From the NCBI GenBank assembly GCA_052172655.1, contig JBQMQE010000002.1:1-55064 (forward strand): a DNA stretch of 55,064 bases. Direction: 5' to 3'. Positions within the stretch are counted from its first letter, which is position 1; each line of letters begins with the position of its first letter. The notes below the pieces were generated by a model. That model saw only the letters and a program-made list of their open reading frames with translations. It was not told where the DNA came from and ran no database searches. Origin of the DNA: Burkholderiales bacterium (GTDB lineage: Bacteria > Pseudomonadota > Gammaproteobacteria > Burkholderiales > SG8-39). Shown piece after piece: positions 50,296 to 55,064 of this stretch. The translations under genes were made by a program, and so were the position numbers.

Positions 50296-51459
50296 CTAGG
50301 CTTCGTCTGGATCCGGGTCGTCCACAGGCTTCGCCGCATACTTCGCCGCAATACGGGCATCGGCTACGCGCGCGGCAATCTTCGGCGTGGGCGTGCTTAC
50401 ATCGGCGTTTTGCGCACGCTGCCTGAGCGCGTGGTCGGCAAGCACCAGCGCCAGCATCGCTTCCGCAATGGGCGTGGCGCGGATGCCTACGCAGGGATCG
50501 TGGCGGCCGTGCGTCTGCACGCTCACCGCCTCCCCTTTCTTGTTGATCGAGCGGCGCGCGAGGCGAATGCTGGACGTCGGTTTGATCGCCAGGTTCACCA
50601 GCACGTCCTGCCCGGTGGATATGCCGCCGAGAACGCCGCCGGCGTTGTTGGACAGGAACCCATCCGGCGTGAGCTCATCCGAATGCTCGCTGCCTTTTTG
50701 CTCGACCGAGGCGAAACCCGCGCCGATCTCCACTCCCTTCACCGCGTTGATGCCCATCATGGCGTAGGCGATGTCGGCGTCGAGCCGGTCGTACACCGGC
50801 TCGCCCCAGCCCACCGGCACGCCTTCAGCGATGACGGTGATTTTCGCGCCGCAGGAATCGCCCGATTTGCGCAGCGCGTCCATGTAGGCTTCCAGTGCCG
50901 GCACCGCGGCCATGTCCGGCACGAAGAACGGATTCCTATCGACTGCGCTCCAGTCCGCCAGCGCGATTTTGTTCGACCCAAGCTGCGACAGATAGCCGCG
51001 CACAGTAATGCCGTACTTTTCCCTGAGCCATTTCTTCGCAATCGCGCCCGCCGCGACCCGCACCAGCGTCTCGCGCGCCGAGGCGCGCCCGCCGCCGCGA
51101 TAGTCGCGTATGCCGTATTTCTGCCAATAGGTGTAGTCGGCATGCCCCGGGCGGAAGCTCTCGGCGATATTGCCGTAGTCCTTGCTCTTCTGGTCTTCGT
51201 TGCGCACCAGTAAACCGATGGTGGTGCCGGTGGTGCGGCCCTCGAATACGCCGGAGAGGATTTCCACGCGGTCTGCCTCGCGCCGCTGGGTCACGTGGCG
51301 CGAAGTACCGGGCTTGCGGCGATCGAGTTCCCGCTGGATGTCGGCTTCGGCGAGTTCCAGTCCGGGCGGGCAACCGTCCACCACGCAGCCGTAGGCAGGG
51401 CCATGCGACTCGCCAAACGAGGTGACGCAGAACAGTTTTCCCAGTGTGTTGCCGGACAT
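50296..51459 (-). CDS. aroC: Chorismate synthase
   Basis: The real start is [20 protein letters not shown] (ATG at 51459). RPGHADYTY and GRHDPCV are present. There is a ~30-aa C-terminal extension. Confidence 0.94.
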   Translation of the reverse strand: MSGNTLGKLFCVTSFGESHGPAYGCVVDGCPPGLELAEADIQRELDRRKPGTSRHVTQRREADRVEILSGVFEGRTTGTTIGLLVRNEDQKSKDYGNIAESFRPGHADYTYWQKYGIRDYRGGGRASARETLVRVAAGAIAKKWLREKYGITVRGYLSQLGSNKIALADWSAVDRNPFFVPDMAAVPALEAYMDALRKSGDSCGAKITVIAEGVPVGWGEPVYDRLDADIAYAMMGINAVKGVEIGAGFASVEQKGSEHSDELTPDGFLSNNAGGVLGGISTGQDVLVNLAIKPTSSIRLARRSINKKGEAVSVQTHGRHDPCVGIRATPIAEAMLALVLADHALRQRAQNADVSTPTPKIAARVADARIAAKYAAKPVDDPDPDEA

Positions 51460-51539
51460 CGCTTTCGCTCGCGGATTTGCTGTATCGAGTTTAACATATC
51501 GCCTATTCGGGCCCGCCCGGAGCAGAAGGAGAAACACCT

Positions 51540-52343
51540 GTGCCGAATGCACCAGCGCTTTGCGCCGCGAGCGATCGCTACGACTGGCCCGTTCTCGTCG
51601 ATGAACTGAACCGGCTGCTGCGTCTGAAGACCACACCGATCGCGATGAAGCTGTTCGAGCGCGTCGAGCAGATGCAAGCCATCCCGAAACTGCGCCGTCC
51701 CACTGCGATCCACACCACTGACCAGATCGTGGCGCAGGCGGCGCGGCTGGGCTTTACCGTAGGCATCACGCACGAAGACCTGGTCGGCGCGCAATGCGGC
51801 GCTGTCATAGGCCTCGCTGCGCAGGATGAGGAATGGCGCTCGGGCAAGCGCATGGCGGGCGTGTGGTTCGCCACCGTGGCCGATTCCGCCGCGCACCAGC
51901 ACGCGATGGATGTAGTGCCCCATGGAAAATACCAGGCCATGGCGGTGTCGCCGCTGGCGAGCGGGCGGCTCGATCCGCCGGACATTTGCCTCATCTACGC
52001 CACGCCCGGGCAGATGATCATCCTCATCAACGGCCTGCAATGGTCGGGCTACCGGAAGTTCGACTGGAGCGTGGTAGGCGAATCGGCCTGCGCCGATTCC
52101 TGGGGCCGCGCGCTCGCCAGGGGCGAACCCAGTTTGTCCATTCCCTGCTACGCGGAGCGGCGCTACGGCGGCGTGCTCGACGACGAGATGCTGATGGCCA
52201 TGCCGCCGCAGTATTTGCCCAAGGCGATCGCGGGCATGCAGGCGCTATCGGCGAACGGCCTCAGATACCCGATAGCGCAATACGGCATCCAGGCCGATGT
52301 GCGCGCCGGCATGGGCGCGAGCTATGCGTCGCACAACAAGTAG
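51540..52343 (+). CDS. DUF169-like hypothetical protein
   Basis: GTG start with AAGGAGA 7 nt upstream. The N-terminal L.L...PIA.K pattern and size (~267 aa) resemble DUF169. The family assignment is from memory only. Confidence 0.55.
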   Translation: MPNAPALCAASDRYDWPVLVDELNRLLRLKTTPIAMKLFERVEQMQAIPKLRRPTAIHTTDQIVAQAARLGFTVGITHEDLVGAQCGAVIGLAAQDEEWRSGKRMAGVWFATVADSAAHQHAMDVVPHGKYQAMAVSPLASGRLDPPDICLIYATPGQMIILINGLQWSGYRKFDWSVVGESACADSWGRALARGEPSLSIPCYAERRYGGVLDDEMLMAMPPQYLPKAIAGMQALSANGLRYPIAQYGIQADVRAGMGASYASHNK

Positions 52344-52550
52344 GCCCGGTCAATTAACGCCCGCGTCTCGAATGTTCCCGCGGCGAAACGGCAGGCCCCG
52401 CCGTACCGGGCGCGCGGCCGCCCGATAGGGCAAGAAATCTTCTGCGCGAAATGCCCGGAACAGCGCGATCAAGCACCCGCTGCGAAATCAGTTTCGCAAC
52501 GCGCCGAATTTAGGGAGCATGAGGCGAGGTATCCCCGCATTTTGAAACAG

Positions 52551-52985
52551 CTATGCCGGCGAGTCCTTGATATAACCCTTGAGCATGCGGTTCTCGAACG
52601 CCTGCTCTTCCAGCACCGCCCTGGCCACGTCGTGAAACGAGAGCACGCCGATCAGCGTGTCGCCTTCCATCACCGGCATGTAGCGGATATGGTGCTCCAG
52701 CATCACGCTGCGCAGCTCGTCCACTTCGACGCCCGGAGCGATGGTCCTCGGATTTTTCACCATGACGGCGTCCACGCGCAGGCCCTGGATCGAGCCCTTG
52801 TTCTGGTGCAAGGCCTGCAAGACTTCGCGGAAAGTGAGCATGCCCACCAGCCTCCCCTGATTCGTTACCACCAGCGAGCCGATGTCCTTCTCCGACATGA
52901 CGCTGACCCCGTCGCTCACCATGCCGTCTGCAGCGATGGTGATCAGCAGCTTACCTTTTATTCTGAGTATTTCCCGCAGTTGCAT
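52551..52985 (-). CDS. CBS-domain pair protein (144 aa)
   Basis: The real start is the ATG at 52985 with GGAGGAGG upstream. Two CBS motifs are present (..IGSLVVTNQGRLVGMLTFREV.. and ..IRYMPVMEGDTLIGVLSFHDV..). The rest of ORF 52551-53948 is a shadow frame. Confidence 0.8.
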   Translation of the reverse strand: MQLREILRIKGKLLITIAADGMVSDGVSVMSEKDIGSLVVTNQGRLVGMLTFREVLQALHQNKGSIQGLRVDAVMVKNPRTIAPGVEVDELRSVMLEHHIRYMPVMEGDTLIGVLSFHDVARAVLEEQAFENRMLKGYIKDSPA

Positions 52986-53110
52986 GATGTCCTCCTCCAC
53001 TAGCGGCGAATGACAGTTTAGACCATGCCGCAGGCGCCTGCCAAGCCGACAGAAACAGAACTGGCCCGCGCTGCGCACGCTCGCGTTTGCCCGCGCCCGG
53101 CCCGGAGCCG

Positions 53111-54004
53111 CTATTTCGTCGGCCGGTTCACCAGCACGATACCCGCACCGACCAGCAGCGCCGCCGCGAGAAAAGCGGCGCTGAGCGGCTCGGACAGCAG
53201 GACCACACCGAAGGCGACGCCGAACAGGGGCGTGAGAAACGAAAATACCGCCAACCTGCCGGCAAGATAGCGCGTCAGCAGCCAGAACCAGGCGAGGTAG
53301 CTGGCGAAGGCAACAATTACGCTTTGATAGGCGAGGCTCGCCACCACCTTGGGCGTGAGCGCGATGATACCGGGCTCGCCCGCGACTAGCGATGCGAGCG
53401 GCAGGGCGAGCGCCGAGATGCCGAGCTGGTAGAACAGCGTCTTGGTCGCGCTGGCCGAGGTGAGCCGGGTCGAGCGGACCACCACCGTGGTCGCCGCCCA
53501 AAACGCAGCGGCGATGACACCGAACGCATCGCCGATCAAGGTAGAGCCCTGGTCCGTGCTGAAACCATCGGCGAAAGCGAGCGCCACGCCGACGAACGCC
53601 AGCATCACGCCGGTCCACTGGCTCGCATTCAGGCGCTCGCCCGGCACGAACCACTGCAGCCCGAGCGCGGTGAGGCAGGGCGCGAGGTAGATGAACACCA
53701 CCATGCGCGAAGCCGCGGTGTAGGCGAGCCCGGCGTAGATGAACACGAACTCGCCGGCGAACAGCGCCCCGGCCGCCATGCCGCCCATGATCGTGCCGTC
53801 GCGCCGGAACAGCGGGATGCCGCGCAGCCGCGCCCAGGCGAGCAGCAGCGCGGTGGCGATTATCGAGCGCAACCCCGCCTGCATGATGGGCGAAATGCCC
53901 GCGGCGGCGACTTTGATCGCGATCTGGTTGAAGCCCCAGCACATGCACAGCACGATCATCGTCGACACCGCCAGCGCGTCTGCGGGTTTGCGCTCGGACG
54001 ACAC
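53111..54004 (-). CDS. DMT-superfamily (EamA-like) transporter
   Basis: 297 aa with 10 TM segments in two EamA repeats. GTG start with AGGAAG upstream. Confidence 0.85.
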   Translation of the reverse strand: MSSERKPADALAVSTMIVLCMCWGFNQIAIKVAAAGISPIMQAGLRSIIATALLLAWARLRGIPLFRRDGTIMGGMAAGALFAGEFVFIYAGLAYTAASRMVVFIYLAPCLTALGLQWFVPGERLNASQWTGVMLAFVGVALAFADGFSTDQGSTLIGDAFGVIAAAFWAATTVVVRSTRLTSASATKTLFYQLGISALALPLASLVAGEPGIIALTPKVVASLAYQSVIVAFASYLAWFWLLTRYLAGRLAVFSFLTPLFGVAFGVVLLSEPLSAAFLAAALLVGAGIVLVNRPTK

Positions 54005-54035
54005 TATCTATGTTCTTCCTGCGGTGAAATCCGCG

Positions 54036-54854
54036 CTATGCGTCGTGCTGTTTCAGCCCGAGCTGTACGCCGATCGGCTGAGCGGGGTAATGGAACGGGA
54101 TCGGCCCGTCGGGCTCGGCGTGAATGAACTGGCGCACCACCGGATTGTCGGATGCGAGCATCTCCTCCGGCGTACCTTCGCCGATGACCACGCCATCGGC
54201 AATGACGTACAGGTAGTCTACCAGCTTGAGCGACTCGCTCACGTCGTAGGTGACAATGATCGAAGTGGTGCCGAGCGCATCGTTCAGGCGGCGGATCAAA
54301 TCGGCGATGACATTGAGCGAAATCGGGTCCAGGCCGGCGAACGGCTCGTCGTACATCGCCAGCATGGGGTCGTGCACGATGGCGCGGGCGAGCGCCACGC
54401 GGCGCGCCATGCCGCCGGAGAGCTCGCTCGGCATGAGCTTCCTCGCGCCGCGCAGCCCGACCACGTGCAGCTTCATCAGGATCAGAGAGCGGATCAACTC
54501 CTCCGGCAGGTCCGAGTTTTCGCGCAACGGAAACGCGATGTTCTCGTATACCGACAGGTCGGTGAACAGCCCGCCCGCCTGGAACATCATGCCCATCTTG
54601 CGCCGCAACTGATACAGGCTGTCGGTGTCGAGCTCGTGCACCAGCTCGCCATCGACCTTGACCGAACCTCGCGTCGGCTTCTCCTGCCCGCCGATCAGCC
54701 GCAGCAGCGTGGACTTGCCGCAGCCGCTCGCCCCGAGGATGGCGACCACCTTGCCGCGGGGAATCTTGAGGTTGAGCCCCTTGAGGATTTCGCGTTTACC
54801 GTAACTGAACTTGAGGTCGGTGATTTCGACCAAGTTATCTGGGGAGGGAGTCAT
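54036..54854 (-). CDS. mlaF: MlaF-like ABC transporter ATP-binding protein
   Basis: The real start is MTPSPDNLVEITDL (ATG at 54854). Walker A GASGCGKST, signature LSGGMARRVALARA and the C-terminal tail ..QFI..PDGPIPFHYP are characteristic of E. coli MlaF as I remember it. Confidence 0.85.
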   Translation of the reverse strand: MTPSPDNLVEITDLKFSYGKREILKGLNLKIPRGKVVAILGASGCGKSTLLRLIGGQEKPTRGSVKVDGELVHELDTDSLYQLRRKMGMMFQAGGLFTDLSVYENIAFPLRENSDLPEELIRSLILMKLHVVGLRGARKLMPSELSGGMARRVALARAIVHDPMLAMYDEPFAGLDPISLNVIADLIRRLNDALGTTSIIVTYDVSESLKLVDYLYVIADGVVIGEGTPEEMLASDNPVVRQFIHAEPDGPIPFHYPAQPIGVQLGLKQHDA

Positions 54855-54997
54855 CGATTGGGTGCTTGGATGAAAGGCTTTCCGCGATTTTACACGGCTT
54901 GCCGCAGGCACGAGGTACGAAGCCGGCCGCCGGCCGGCAGGCTGCATCCCGAAACCGCTACATCGCGTATAGTCGAACTTGGAAACAGGAGATGCAC

Positions 54998-55064
54998 ATG
55001 GACAGGCGCGACTGGCTCAGAGTATTGGCGTTGACGCCCCTGGCGGGGCTCACCGGGTCGTGGT
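54998..55064 (+). CDS. 5' end of an ORF with a Tat-like signal (MDRRDWLRVLALTPLAGLTGSW..), truncated by the window edge
   Basis: AGGAG 6 nt upstream of the ATG at 54998, with a twin-arginine RRDWL motif. Only 22 codons are visible. Confidence 0.35.
   Translation, partial: MDRRDWLRVLALTPLAGLTGSW

Noticed and set aside
52986-53948. The upstream part of the 465-aa ORF 52551-53948.
   Set aside because: It overlaps the EamA transporter gene in another frame and is Arg/Gly-rich nonsense. The real CBS protein starts at 52985, which has a strong SD.

Overview
GC-rich window (well above 60% by eye) that reads as core chromosome of a betaproteobacterium. The gene order supports this: nadK-recN divergent from hrcA-hemH, then grpE-dnaK-dnaJ, cysS, ppiA-ppiB-lpxH, and metZ-purF-cvpA-dedD-folC-accD-trpA-MTase-trpB-trpF-truA-fimV-asd-leuB-leuD-ecn-leuC. 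About 50 protein genes and one tRNA-Val(GAC) are supported. I saw no transposase, integrase, phage gene, CRISPR array, toxin-antitoxin pair or recognisable defence island. Most long ORFs in the six-frame track are stop-poor shadow frames of real GC3-rich genes.

The left 14 kb is the least ordinary part. It is an anaerobic redox and C4-dicarboxylate block: frdA (partial), a malic enzyme, a translationally coupled four-gene operon, and a DctPQM TRAP transporter. The operon encodes an NfnA-NfnB-like fusion, a reverse-rubrerythrin-like diiron protein with 8 N-terminal Cys, pyruvate:ferredoxin oxidoreductase (PFOR), and a dihydroorotate-dehydrogenase (DHOD)-like flavoprotein that lacks the catalytic SCP loop. 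A perfect FNR box and a second FNR-like box inside a perfect 12-bp tandem duplication lie in the two promoter regions.

That PFOR module is my best candidate for an under-described system, but this is inference, not demonstration. Other points worth a second look:
- a structured, terminator-containing leader upstream of metZ (possible riboswitch or attenuator)
- an orphan beta-class DNA methyltransferase embedded between trpB and trpA
- a possible sRNA with CU-rich (anti-Shine-Dalgarno-like) loops ending in a very strong terminator at 50237-50268
- sigma32-type promoters for grpE and dnaK, and an attenuator-like dnaK-dnaJ spacer
- in-frame tandem repeats in FimV and in a TPR protein paired with an L,D-transpeptidase
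- an mlaF-like ATPase with no mlaE/mlaD neighbour

All coordinates and motif calls were made by eye. No database search or folding computation was run.
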